Translations under genes and position numbers: made by a program
Shown here: in pieces, positions 19,620 to 28,750 of the stretch
Layout of the letters: each line of letters begins with the position of its first letter
Position numbering within the stretch: the first letter of the stretch is position 1
Assembly (NCBI GenBank): GCA_934525675.1
Contig: CAKSZH010000001.1
Coordinates: 138,405 to 202,404 of the forward strand
Source: an uncultured Eubacteriales bacterium
GTDB taxonomy: Bacteria > Bacillota > Clostridia > Oscillospirales > CAG-272
Direction of reading: 5' to 3'
Length of the DNA stretch: 64,000 nucleotides
The notes under the pieces: model-generated
What the model saw: the letters and a program-made list of their open reading frames with translations, nothing else
Told to the model about the DNA's origin: nothing
Database searches by the model: none

Positions 19620-19885
19620 GAAAGAAAGTATTCCGCCCCGCCGGGCGGGAAGCGTCCCGCACGTAGGAATTTGCCGGCAATCCGGCGACCCGCGGTGCCG
19701 CACGGCAAAAGGGACAGCGTCCCGAATAATATCATTATACCATGCGGCGAAAAAAAGGACAAGGATTCTTTTGGGATTTCTTTGCATTTTTCTTGCGTTC
19801 GTCAAAAAACGGTCACAAAGAAAGTGTACAATAGAAATCGGATAAATAAAGGGATGATGTGTCATTCCGGGAAGGAGTATTTGCA

Positions 19886-21247
19886 ATGGCGAACACATGG
19901 GACCTGACCGACACCGGAAAAGACAGCATGCAAAAAGGAAAAAGACTGTCAGAATCGGGATCGGAGGTCCGCGAAACGCAAAGCGGATACTGTACCTCCT
20001 ACCGGACAAATGACGGCGGTGCGGGGTATGCCTATACCCCCTTTCGGGACGGAACGGAAGGCGCGGGAAAGCGCCGCAGGGCAGGTAATCCGCATAAGAG
20101 AAGAATCGCGGTCGGCGGCGTGCTCGCGGCGGCGTTTCTGGGGCTTTGTTTCCTCGGCGGATACGCCGGCGCAACGCTTGCCGGGGCGCGGACACCTGCT
20201 GACAGCTCAGGGCTGACCTCGTTTCCGGGCACGGTGCCGAACATTGAAAATCAGTCGCCGAAGGGCAACAAGGAAGGTTCCGCCGTGGGCGGATATACCA
20301 CGGAGGCAGAGGTGATCTCCGCGGTTTCCGACAGCGTGGTGCTTCTGCGGGCGGAAACCTATGAAAAGAATCTTGAGGGAGAGGAGGAACTGACCGCTGC
20401 AACGGAAGCGAGCGGCGTGATCTTCTCCGGCTCCGGGTACATTCTGACCACCGCGCATGACATCGACGGCTCAACGGCAATTACCGCACGCCTGTCCGAC
20501 GGAGCGGAATTTGAGGCGGGGGTCGTCGGTTACGATACCTCGTCCGATATTGCCGTTCTCAAAATCAACGCGGGCGACCGGGAACTGAAGGCGGTGGAAT
20601 TCGGTTGTTCCGCTGATCTTGTTGCGGGAGAAAAGGTCGTCATCATCGGCAATCCGCACGGATACGGCAAGCTGACCGTCGGAGGCATGATAAGCGCGGT
20701 GGATGTCACCTGCGAAGTCCCCCTTGCGGACGGAAAAACCATGACGCTGATTCCCGTTGCTTCCTCGGCGGACACCGGCGTTTTCGGCGGCGGGATGTTC
20801 AATATGGACGGCAAACTGGTCGGCCTTATCAATTCGGAAAACAAGGAAAGCGGGCTCGGTTTTGCCATTCCGGTGGATTCTCTGGTGAAAGTGGTCAATG
20901 AGCTTTGCCGCTACGGTTACGTGCGCGGCGTGGTCGATCACGGTCTGTCGATCGTGGACGTGACCGAGAAGAACCTCAATTATTGCCGCTATCTGTACGG
21001 CATCACCGAGATCGGCGTGTATGTTGTGACATCGAAATATTCCGACGCAATCGAAAACAAGGATCGGATCGTCTCGGTGGACGGTCAGGAGGTCACGACC
21101 TGTGAGGAGTTCCGTAAGATCGTGACGACCGGGTACGCGGTCGGCGACACCCTGCACCTCGTCATCCGGCGCGGGGGAAGGGATTTTACCGTTGACCTTG
21201 TCCTGCATGAGTACATCCCCGCGGGGATCAAGGTGCTGGAAACCTGA
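19886..21247 (+). CDS. membrane-anchored HtrA/DegP-like trypsin-fold + PDZ protein, catalytic Ser replaced by Phe
   Basis: RBS GGAAGGAG 8 nt before ATG 19886. TM helix IAVGGVLAAAFLGLCFLGG. His box ILTTAHDI and Asp box SDIAVLKI are present. The GNSGG box reads GVFGGG (Phe codon 20783-20785). A PDZ-like C-terminus follows. Confidence 0.8.
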   Translation: MANTWDLTDTGKDSMQKGKRLSESGSEVRETQSGYCTSYRTNDGGAGYAYTPFRDGTEGAGKRRRAGNPHKRRIAVGGVLAAAFLGLCFLGGYAGATLAGARTPADSSGLTSFPGTVPNIENQSPKGNKEGSAVGGYTTEAEVISAVSDSVVLLRAETYEKNLEGEEELTAATEASGVIFSGSGYILTTAHDIDGSTAITARLSDGAEFEAGVVGYDTSSDIAVLKINAGDRELKAVEFGCSADLVAGEKVVIIGNPHGYGKLTVGGMISAVDVTCEVPLADGKTMTLIPVASSADTGVFGGGMFNMDGKLVGLINSENKESGLGFAIPVDSLVKVVNELCRYGYVRGVVDHGLSIVDVTEKNLNYCRYLYGITEIGVYVVTSKYSDAIENKDRIVSVDGQEVTTCEEFRKIVTTGYAVGDTLHLVIRRGGRDFTVDLVLHEYIPAGIKVLET

Positions 21248-21334
21248 AGGGTTCCGCAAATCAATTCCGCAGAACCGGGAGAAATATCAAGAGAGAGCAA
21301 ATACAAGACGAGAACAAAGGAAGAGGTGACAACA

Positions 21335-22027
21335 ATGTATCATATTCTTGTAGTGGACGATGAAACAAGAATCCGTTCCATGATCCGCAAGTATGCCGAG
21401 TTTGAAGGGCACGAGGTGACCGAGGCGGCGGACGGCATGGAGGCGGTTCTGCTTTGCCGCAAGCAAACCTTCGATCTCATTATCATGGACATCATGATGC
21501 CGGAACTGGACGGCTTTTCGGCTTGCCGGGAGATCCGCAAGACCTCCGGGGTGCCGATCATCATGCTGTCGGCGCGCGGGGAAGAGTACGACCGGATCAA
21601 CGGCTTTGAAGTCGGAATCGACGACTATGTGGTCAAGCCCTTTTCCCCGAAGGAACTGATGCTCCGCGTGGACAGCATCATGCGTCGGGTCAGCGCCCGC
21701 CCGGGTGCCGGTACCTCCCAGAAAAACGACGTGGTGGAGCTGGACGGCGGCGGTCTTCGTGCCGACATGACCGCAAGACTTGTCTATATCGACGGAGAAC
21801 GGGTGGATATGTCCCCGAAGGAATACGACCTGTTCTTCTATATGCTTGCAAACCGTAATATCGCTCTGACCCGCGAGAAACTGCTCAGCGAGGTCTGGGG
21901 GTATGATTTTTACGGAGACGCGCGCACGCTGGATACCCATGTCAAACTGCTCCGCAAGAGCCTCGGACGTTACAGCCGTTTCATCGTGACACTGCGCGGT
22001 GTCGGCTATCGGTTTGAGGGCGAGTAA
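21335..22027 (+). CDS. OmpR-family response regulator
   Basis: Receiver domain (ILVVDDE...DLIIMDIMMP...SARGEE...DDYVVKPF) plus a winged-helix output domain (LTREKLL...RTLDTHV..LR). ATG 21335 has a GGAAGAGG RBS. Confidence 0.9.
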   Translation: MYHILVVDDETRIRSMIRKYAEFEGHEVTEAADGMEAVLLCRKQTFDLIIMDIMMPELDGFSACREIRKTSGVPIIMLSARGEEYDRINGFEVGIDDYVVKPFSPKELMLRVDSIMRRVSARPGAGTSQKNDVVELDGGGLRADMTARLVYIDGERVDMSPKEYDLFFYMLANRNIALTREKLLSEVWGYDFYGDARTLDTHVKLLRKSLGRYSRFIVTLRGVGYRFEGE

Positions 22028-22030
22028 GAG

Positions 22031-23521
22031 ATGCGCGGAAACGGAAAGGGGAAACGGCATTTCGGTGACCGTGTCAGCATTCGTTGGAAATTGCTTGGGT
22101 ACCTGCTTTTCTTCCTTGTGTTCATTCTGCTCGTGGTCTGGTTTTTTCAGATCTATATGCTGAACTCCTTCTACGAGGGTACCAAGTACCGGGAGATGAA
22201 GCGGGTTTCGGCGGAAATCTCGGACCATCTCGGGAAAGCGGGGCTTGCGGAGCTCGTCTATCGCAACGCGCAGGATTCCACCACCCGGATCGTGGTCTAC
22301 CGGATGAACGGGGGCGTGGCAAGCGTGGTGACATCCTCGGACAATTTCGGCGAGGACAACGTGTTTCACCCCGCGTCCGACGCGGTCGTGAAGCTGTATG
22401 AGAACGCCGTGGAGAAGGGCGGGCAGTATTTCACCGAGCTGACCTTCGGCGGACTGGAAGCCAAGCGCACGGATCGCCGTTCGAACGGAACGATTACCGC
22501 CTGCGTGACCGTGACCGAAGCGGGGGACGGAGATGTGTACCTCATTCTGATCGGTTCCAGCCTGGCGCCCTTCAGCGCGACGGTACAGACGCTCGAATAT
22601 CAGTTTTTCTGGATTGCCGCTATTTTGCTGGTCGCCGCGATCCTGCTTGCCATCCTCATGTCCAAAAAGATTTCGGGACCGCTGGTCCGTATGAGCGGTG
22701 CCGCGCAGAAGCTTGCGAAAGGGGATTATCATGCGGATTTCTCCGGCAAGGGTGGGTATCTGGAAACCAATGAGCTTGCCGAAACGCTGAACTACGCGGC
22801 GGACGAGCTGTCCAAGAACGATGCGCTCCAGAAGGAGCTGATCGCCAATATTTCGCACGACCTCCGTACTCCCCTGACCATGATCGAGGGCTACGGCGAG
22901 GTCATGCGCGACATCCCGGGTGAAAATACACCGGAGAACGTGCAGGTCATCATCGACGAAACCCAGCGGCTCAGCCAGCTGGTCAACGATCTGCTGGATC
23001 TGTCCAAACTCCGCGCGGGAACCAAGAAGATGGAGCCCGTGCGCGTCAACCTGACCGAACTTGTCAAAACGACGCTTGTCCGGTACGAAAAGCTGACCGA
23101 GCATAACGGCTACCGGATCGAGTTTCACGCCGACGGCGAAGCGGAAATTCTTGCCGACCGGACGATGATTCTCCAGGTGGTGTACAACCTTATCAACAAT
23201 GCAATCAATTATACGGGCGAGGACAAGCGCGTGACCGTGACCCAGACGGTGAAGGACGGAAGAGTCCGCATCGGCGTGGCGGATACGGGCGAGGGCATCG
23301 ACAAGGATCAGTTGCCGCTCATCTGGGACAGATATTACAAGGTGGACAAGGTTCATCGCCGCGCCATGATCGGCACGGGACTGGGACTTTCCATCGTCAA
23401 GGGGATTCTGGAGATGCACGGCGCGTCTTACGGTGTGGAGAGCACCAAGGGAAAAGGTTCTTTGTTCTGGTTTGAATTTCCCGTGGCGGAAGAAAACGCA
23501 GAGGAGGCGGTCGTCGAATGA
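22031..23521 (+). CDS. sensor histidine kinase (two TM, HAMP, HisKA, HATPase_c)
   Basis: H-box ISHDLRTPLT, N-box NLINNAINYT, G1 DTGEGI, G2 GTGLGLSIVK. Confidence 0.9.
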   Translation: MRGNGKGKRHFGDRVSIRWKLLGYLLFFLVFILLVVWFFQIYMLNSFYEGTKYREMKRVSAEISDHLGKAGLAELVYRNAQDSTTRIVVYRMNGGVASVVTSSDNFGEDNVFHPASDAVVKLYENAVEKGGQYFTELTFGGLEAKRTDRRSNGTITACVTVTEAGDGDVYLILIGSSLAPFSATVQTLEYQFFWIAAILLVAAILLAILMSKKISGPLVRMSGAAQKLAKGDYHADFSGKGGYLETNELAETLNYAADELSKNDALQKELIANISHDLRTPLTMIEGYGEVMRDIPGENTPENVQVIIDETQRLSQLVNDLLDLSKLRAGTKKMEPVRVNLTELVKTTLVRYEKLTEHNGYRIEFHADGEAEILADRTMILQVVYNLINNAINYTGEDKRVTVTQTVKDGRVRIGVADTGEGIDKDQLPLIWDRYYKVDKVHRRAMIGTGLGLSIVKGILEMHGASYGVESTKGKGSLFWFEFPVAEENAEEAVVE

Positions 23522-24381
23522 ATCCGACAGACAGAATTCCCGCGCCGGTCGCGTCGCTTCTGCGTTGCCCCGTGTGCGGTGCCGGGACCTCTGTGACTCC
23601 CGACGGAAAGAGCCTTATCTGCCGTGGGGAAAAGCCGCATTGCTTTGATTTTGCAAGAAGCGGATACCTCAATCTTACCCCGTCGCACCCGGGAGGCGGA
23701 GACGACCGCGAAATGGTGCGGGCAAGAACGGAATTCCTTTCGGCAGGGTATTACCGCCCCATTGCGGACGGCGTACTCCGCGCGCTCGGAAAGGTTCTTC
23801 CGGACGGCGGAACGGTGCTGGACGCGGGTTGCGGGGAAGGTTACTATTCCTGCCGGATTGTCGCCGGGGGATATACGGTGTTCGGCGCGGACCTTTCCAA
23901 GTCCGCGATCGATCACGCCGCGAAGACCGCGCGGGTAATGGCAAACGCGTCGGGTGTTTCTTCCGCTTTTTTCGCCGTTTCCGGCCTGTTTGATCTTCCC
24001 GTTGCCGACGCGTCGTTTGACGCGGTCGTCAGCATTTTCGCGCCCGTCGCGGAGGCGGAATTTCTGCGGGTACTGAAGCCCGGCGGATATCTCATCCTCG
24101 CGGGGGCGGGACGCGACCACCTGATGGGGCTGAAACAGGCGCTTTACGACAGAACGTATCAGAACGAGGAGCGCGCCGATCTGCCGGCAGGAATGCGGGA
24201 AATCTCCCGCGAAACCGTCCGCGAAGAGATCACGGTGACGGGCGGGGAACACGTCCGCGCACTCTTTTCCATGACGCCGTACTACTGGCGGACAAGCGTG
24301 GCTGACCGAAAGAAACTGGACGGACTTAAGTTGCTTGTCACCCCGATCGACGTGCAGGTGCTGACTTACAGAAAGGACTGA
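23518..24381 (+). CDS. rlmA: RlmA-like 23S rRNA (guanine-N1)-methyltransferase
   Basis: N-terminal Zn-ribbon LRCPVCG...LICRGEKPHCFDFARSGYLNL and SAM motif VLDAGCGEGYY. Collinear with E. coli RlmA as I remember it. The ATG overlaps the kinase stop (ATGA). Confidence 0.8.
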   Translation: MNPTDRIPAPVASLLRCPVCGAGTSVTPDGKSLICRGEKPHCFDFARSGYLNLTPSHPGGGDDREMVRARTEFLSAGYYRPIADGVLRALGKVLPDGGTVLDAGCGEGYYSCRIVAGGYTVFGADLSKSAIDHAAKTARVMANASGVSSAFFAVSGLFDLPVADASFDAVVSIFAPVAEAEFLRVLKPGGYLILAGAGRDHLMGLKQALYDRTYQNEERADLPAGMREISRETVREEITVTGGEHVRALFSMTPYYWRTSVADRKKLDGLKLLVTPIDVQVLTYRKD

Positions 24382-24389
24382 AACGGATC

Positions 24390-25118
24390 ATGAAATTTTC
24401 CCTGATCGTTCCGATGTATAACGAAGCGGCGATCATCCGCGATACGGCAATGACGCTTTCCTCGTATATGTCGTCGCAATTCGACGACTACGAAATTCTC
24501 TTTTCCAACGACGGAAGCACCGACGGCTGTGACGAAATTGTCCGGGGACTGAACCTCCCCCATGTCCGCGTGGTCGGATATCCCGTCAACCGCGGGAAAG
24601 GCTGTGCGGTACGTACCGCGGTTATGGACTCCACCGGGGACATCGTGATGTTCACCGACGCGGACCTTGCCTACGGGACCGAGGTCATCGGGCGTGTGGC
24701 ACAGACCTTTGTCGAACACCCGGAGGCAGACCTTGTCATCGGTTCCCGGAATCTTGAGAAGGACGGCTACGCGGAGTATACGCTTCTGCGCCGCATTGCC
24801 TCCAAGGTGTATATCCGCGTGCTTTGCATCACGGGCGGCTTCCGCCTGTCGGATTCCCAGTGCGGGTGCAAGGCGTTCCGTTGCACGGCGGCAAAAAAGA
24901 TTTTTTCCCGTTGCGAGGTGGACGGATTTGCGTTTGATTTTGAAGCAATTCTCTGGTCGCAGAAGTTCGGTATGAAGATCCGGGAAATGCCGGTAAAGGT
25001 CATCAACCACCGCGCATCCAAGGTGCGGGTGCTCCGTGATACTTTTCGGATGCTCCGCGACCTGCGCAAAATGCGGAAACGCATCCGCCGCGCGTCGGTG
25101 GACGGTGAGTCCGTATGA
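24390..25118 (+). CDS. family 2 glycosyltransferase (polyprenyl-phosphate glycosyltransferase-like)
   Basis: SLIVPMYNE...NDGSTDG...NRGKG...FTDADL...GFAFDFE. Confidence 0.85.
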   Translation: MKFSLIVPMYNEAAIIRDTAMTLSSYMSSQFDDYEILFSNDGSTDGCDEIVRGLNLPHVRVVGYPVNRGKGCAVRTAVMDSTGDIVMFTDADLAYGTEVIGRVAQTFVEHPEADLVIGSRNLEKDGYAEYTLLRRIASKVYIRVLCITGGFRLSDSQCGCKAFRCTAAKKIFSRCEVDGFAFDFEAILWSQKFGMKIREMPVKVINHRASKVRVLRDTFRMLRDLRKMRKRIRRASVDGESV

Positions 25119-25223
25119 GACAAAACCGTCGGTTCCTGCTCATTTTTGTGACGGGTTCCGACGGTTTCTGCCCTCCGGGGCGGAAAGTGAAACAGTCCCG
25201 CCCCGCCTGTTACCCGGAAACGG

Positions 25224-25252
25224 TTGACAAGCGCGGGAAATCGTGATATACT
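25224..25252 (+). promoter_or_regulatory. sigma-A promoter upstream of the DAK2/YloV gene
   Basis: TTGACA (25224-25229), 17-nt spacer, TATACT (25247-25252). Leaves a leader of about 185 nt. Confidence 0.6.
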
Positions 25253-25437
25253 GAAATGTAAAAAATTTTCTGCCGAGAACAGTCTGCCACGGGCAGTTCC
25301 CGCTTTTGGGGAAGAGGCATCAGTACTCCCGGTTCCCGGTCTATTTTCACAAGAGGACGACTCTGCTTCTCTTCAGCCGACCGGACGGTTCCGTTCGGAA
25401 CGGGCAACCGGAGAGAAGGCGGAAAGGTGCGAAAATC

Positions 25438-27144
25438 ATGCAGTTAACCGGTAAACTTTTTCTTGAAATGACGATCTCCGCGGCAAACCTTCTGGAATCC
25501 CGCAAGGAGGAGATCAACAACCTGAACGTATTTCCCGTCCCGGACGGTGATACGGGCGTCAATATGAGCATGACCATCGGCGGTGCCCGCCAGGTCCTGC
25601 TTCCGGCGGACGCAACGCTCTCCGAGGCGGCGGAACAGGTCGCAAACCGTGTTCTCCGTAGCGCGAGAGGAAACTCCGGTGCGATTCTGTCGCTTTTCTT
25701 CCGCGGTTTTTCCAAGGCGGTGAGAGGATTTGAGTGCGCGGACAGCGAGGAGATTGCCATGGCGTTTGCCAGAGGCAGATCCGAGGCGTACAAGGCGGTC
25801 ATGAACCCGACCGAGGGCACTATCCTGACGGTCATCCGTGTCTGTGCCGAGCGCGCCGATACCTTGTGGGAGCAGTATACGGGGAATCCGGCGGGACTCT
25901 TTGACGAACTGGTCAGGGTCGCGAAGGAAGCACTTGCAAAGACCCCGGAAATGCTTCCGATCCTCAAGCAGGCAAAGGTCGTCGATGCCGGAGGCTGCGG
26001 CTTTGTCGCAGTGCTGGAAGGCATGGGCGCGGCGCTTCACGGGAATCCCGTTGCGGCGGTCACGTCCGATACTGTTGTGAAATCCGCGGCGGATTTCGGC
26101 GAATTCCACAGCGAGGATATCAAGTACGGCTACTGCACCGAGTGTATCGTGGAAAAGAGTCTTGCATACCGCGGCGAGGGGAAGGTTTCCGCCTTCTACC
26201 GCTTCATCACCCAAATCGGCGACAGCGCCGTCTTTGTGGATGACGACGAGATCATCAAACTCCATGTTCATACCAATCATCCGGGCAAGGTACTGGAAAA
26301 TGCTCTGAAGTACGGCTCGCTTGCAACGGTGAAAATTGAGAATATGCGTCTCCAGCATTCCGAACTGGCGGGTGGTGTCGAAGCGGAGCATCCTCATGAT
26401 GCCGCGCAGAAAGAGAGCGGGGAATCGGCGGACTCCTCTGCGAAGCAGCCCGCAAAGCGCACGGTGAAACAGCCGGAGAAGCCGTATGGCTTCGTGACGG
26501 TCTGTGCCGGCGACGGGATCCGCGATGTGTTCGCCGATCTCGGCGCGGACCAGATCGTGACCGGCGGTCAGACCATGAATCCGAGTACCGAGGACATTCT
26601 CGACGCGATTCTGGCAACACCCGCCGAAAACGTGTTCGTGTTCCCCAACAACAAGAATATTCAGATGGTCGCCGAGCAGGCGGCAAAGCTGACGAATGAC
26701 CGCGAGGTCTTCGTGATTCCCACAAGAAGCGTGCCGGAAGCTATTTCCGCCATGCTGAACTTTGACGAGAGCGCTGATGCCGCAACCAATGCGGAGACCA
26801 TGCGCGAGGTCATCGGAGGCGTTACGGTGCTGACCACGACCTACGCGGTGCGTGACACCGAGATCGGCGAGGTCGCCATCCGTAAGGATGACGTGCTCGG
26901 CATGTGCAACGGAAAGATCCTTGTGTCCGTGCCGGGACTTGTCGATTGCGTGAAAGCCCTCATCGGCGAGTGCAGGGAAAAGGTCGCCGCTTCCACCTTC
27001 ATTTCGGTGTTCTGGGGCGAGGGCGCGGACGAAGATACGGCGGCAGAGGTCACCGGGCTTCTTCAGGCGCTTGCTCCCGATGCGGAGATCAACACCATTC
27101 ACGGCGGTCAGCCGGTTTACAGCTTCCTGATTTCTCTGGAGTAA
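25438..27144 (+). CDS. DAK2 domain fusion protein (YloV family)
   Basis: From MQLTGKLFLEM. It has LNVFPVPDGDTGVNM, RGNSGAILS and a C-terminal DegV-like half. The track start at 25306 adds a non-conserved extension. Confidence 0.88.
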   Translation: MQLTGKLFLEMTISAANLLESRKEEINNLNVFPVPDGDTGVNMSMTIGGARQVLLPADATLSEAAEQVANRVLRSARGNSGAILSLFFRGFSKAVRGFECADSEEIAMAFARGRSEAYKAVMNPTEGTILTVIRVCAERADTLWEQYTGNPAGLFDELVRVAKEALAKTPEMLPILKQAKVVDAGGCGFVAVLEGMGAALHGNPVAAVTSDTVVKSAADFGEFHSEDIKYGYCTECIVEKSLAYRGEGKVSAFYRFITQIGDSAVFVDDDEIIKLHVHTNHPGKVLENALKYGSLATVKIENMRLQHSELAGGVEAEHPHDAAQKESGESADSSAKQPAKRTVKQPEKPYGFVTVCAGDGIRDVFADLGADQIVTGGQTMNPSTEDILDAILATPAENVFVFPNNKNIQMVAEQAAKLTNDREVFVIPTRSVPEAISAMLNFDESADAATNAETMREVIGGVTVLTTTYAVRDTEIGEVAIRKDDVLGMCNGKILVSVPGLVDCVKALIGECREKVAASTFISVFWGEGADEDTAAEVTGLLQALAPDAEINTIHGGQPVYSFLISLE

Positions 27145-27207
27145 ACGATTGGCACATTGTGCCCGGAAGTCCCGTTCGGTTGAGGAGATCAGCCGGGGAA
27201 TGAATCG

Positions 27208-27249
27208 AAAAAGCCTCCTGCGGCAATACTGCCGCAGGAGGCTTTTTGT
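27208..27249 (+). terminator. intrinsic terminator after the yloV-like gene
   Basis: AAGCCTCCTGCGGCA (27211-27225) pairs with TGCCGCAGGAGGCTT (27230-27244), followed by TTTGTG. Confidence 0.85.
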
Positions 27250-27367
27250 GCCCGGAGCGGTGAAGGAATGCCTCTGCCCCGGCAACGTACGGTATTCCGG
27301 GCTTGTGCAAAGGAAACCACACACCGACCGTTCTTCATGAATTTGTAAATAAAATTTACCGAGCCGC

Positions 27368-27396
27368 TTGAAAACGGCAAACGGATATGTTATACT
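27368..27396 (+). promoter_or_regulatory. sigma-A promoter of the XRE regulator operon
   Basis: TTGAAA, 17-nt spacer, TATACT, about 50 nt upstream of ATG 27447. Confidence 0.6.
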
Positions 27397-27446
27397 GAGG
27401 GCAGGGAAATTTGCGTTTTCCGAAATCAGACAAAAAGGATACACTC

Positions 27447-28331
27447 ATGAATATCGGTGAAAAGATCAAGGAGCTCCGTACCTCCAAAATGATGACGCAG
27501 GCGGAGCTTGCGGGGGATCAGATTACCCGGAATATGCTCAGCCTTATCGAGCGGGGAGCCGCAACGCCGTCGCTTCAGACGGTGCTGTATCTGGCGTCCC
27601 GGTTGCAGGTGCCGCCCGGATTTTTGCTCGCGGAGGGCGTGGACGAGTTTTCGTACCGCAAAATGAGCAGGATTTCAAACATTCGTGCGGCGTACCGTTC
27701 CGGGGATTACAAAAGCTGCCGGAGTATCTGCCGTCAGGAATTGGACGGAACGGATGACGAAATATCGTTGATTCTTGCGGAATGCGATACCGGAATCGGG
27801 GAAGAGGAATTCCTCGCGGGTCATCTGCATTCTGCCTGCCGCTTCTTTGACGAAGCGCTGGAATACGCCGATAAGACTGTTTACCGTACCGACTATGTCC
27901 GCGCGGTGGCGGCGCTGTATTTCCGCTATATGAACGATTTTTCCCACACTCTGTATTCCGAAGTGTCCGACGAGGAACCCGGTGGAGGTGCCATCGGGGA
28001 GAATCCCATCTGTGCGTATATCCGGGCATACTTTGCTGTCAGGGAGGGAAAAGAGGAAGAGGTCGGGCGCTATCTGGAGAGCGCCGGGGACAGTGTTCTT
28101 GCCAGCCACATCCGCATTTGCCGGATGCTTGCCGCGGAGGCATACGCGGAAGCGCTCGGAGAATTGGAACGCCTGCTCGGGAGCGATACGGAGATCCCGC
28201 AGATACTTCTGTACCATTTCACCGCACAGATGGAAGTCTGCTACCGGGAAACCGGGGATTACAAGGGCGCCTACGATTCCGCACGGAGCAAGGTGGAGCT
28301 GTTTGAAAAACTGCTGGAGGATGTATCATGA
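27447..28331 (+). CDS. XRE-family HTH regulator with C-terminal helical-repeat (TPR-like) domain (PlcR/Rgg-like architecture)
   Basis: N-terminal IGEKIKELRTSKMMTQAELAG...ISLIERG HTH. The remaining ~230 aa are helical and repeat-like. Confidence 0.8.
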   Translation: MNIGEKIKELRTSKMMTQAELAGDQITRNMLSLIERGAATPSLQTVLYLASRLQVPPGFLLAEGVDEFSYRKMSRISNIRAAYRSGDYKSCRSICRQELDGTDDEISLILAECDTGIGEEEFLAGHLHSACRFFDEALEYADKTVYRTDYVRAVAALYFRYMNDFSHTLYSEVSDEEPGGGAIGENPICAYIRAYFAVREGKEEEVGRYLESAGDSVLASHIRICRMLAAEAYAEALGELERLLGSDTEIPQILLYHFTAQMEVCYRETGDYKGAYDSARSKVELFEKLLEDVS

Positions 28332-28690
28332 AAAAGATTCACGGCGTGTGTGCGGCGGCTGTTTCCGTGCTCCTCGTGTGTCTCGCGCTTTTCACCGGAT
28401 GCCGGGATCGGCTGAATGCGGAAACAGAGTTTTCCGGCGGGGACCCGGTCGGTATCGGGGATCTTGAAAGTATCCGCCTGTCCCTGACGGAAACCGAACC
28501 GGAAACGGCGGGGGAGTATGTGTACTGGATCGACGGCGGAAGCAGCACGACCTATCATACCCACGCGGACTGTACGTATCTGTCCGGAAAAAAGGTCGCG
28601 TCCGGCAAAAGAATCGACGCGTTTGCCGCCTGCAAAATGGATCTTTGCTCGCGCTGTGCCGCGCGGGACGGCGTGACTCCGGAGTGGTGA
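28328..28690 (+). CDS. small lipoprotein with C-terminal Cys/His motif
   Basis: Signal peptide with lipobox LALFTG|C. C-terminal YHTHADCTYL...CKMDLCSRC. The ATG overlaps the regulator stop (ATGA). Confidence 0.7.
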   Translation: MKKIHGVCAAAVSVLLVCLALFTGCRDRLNAETEFSGGDPVGIGDLESIRLSLTETEPETAGEYVYWIDGGSSTTYHTHADCTYLSGKKVASGKRIDAFAACKMDLCSRCAARDGVTPEW

Positions 28691-28702
28691 CACGGCGGCC
28701 AA

Positions 28703-28737
28703 TCAAAAAGGAACGCCTTTCGGCGTTCCTTTTTGAT
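28703..28737. terminator. bidirectional terminator between convergent lipoprotein genes
   Basis: AAAAAGGAACGCC (28705-28717) pairs with GGCGTTCCTTTTT (28722-28734). A/T runs lie on both sides. Confidence 0.85.
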
Positions 28738-28750
28738 TGGATAACCTTGA

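Noticed and set aside
18513-20480. N-terminal extensions of track ORFs: the 655-aa version of the QueG-like gene, 3907-5253, 45243-48059, 48158-51403, 25306-27144, 52705-55647, 56381-57925 and 11371-15441.
   Set aside because: The extensions have junk composition, cross promoters or neighbouring genes, and lack RBS. Internal ATG or GTG codons with good SD sequences coincide with the start of family homology.
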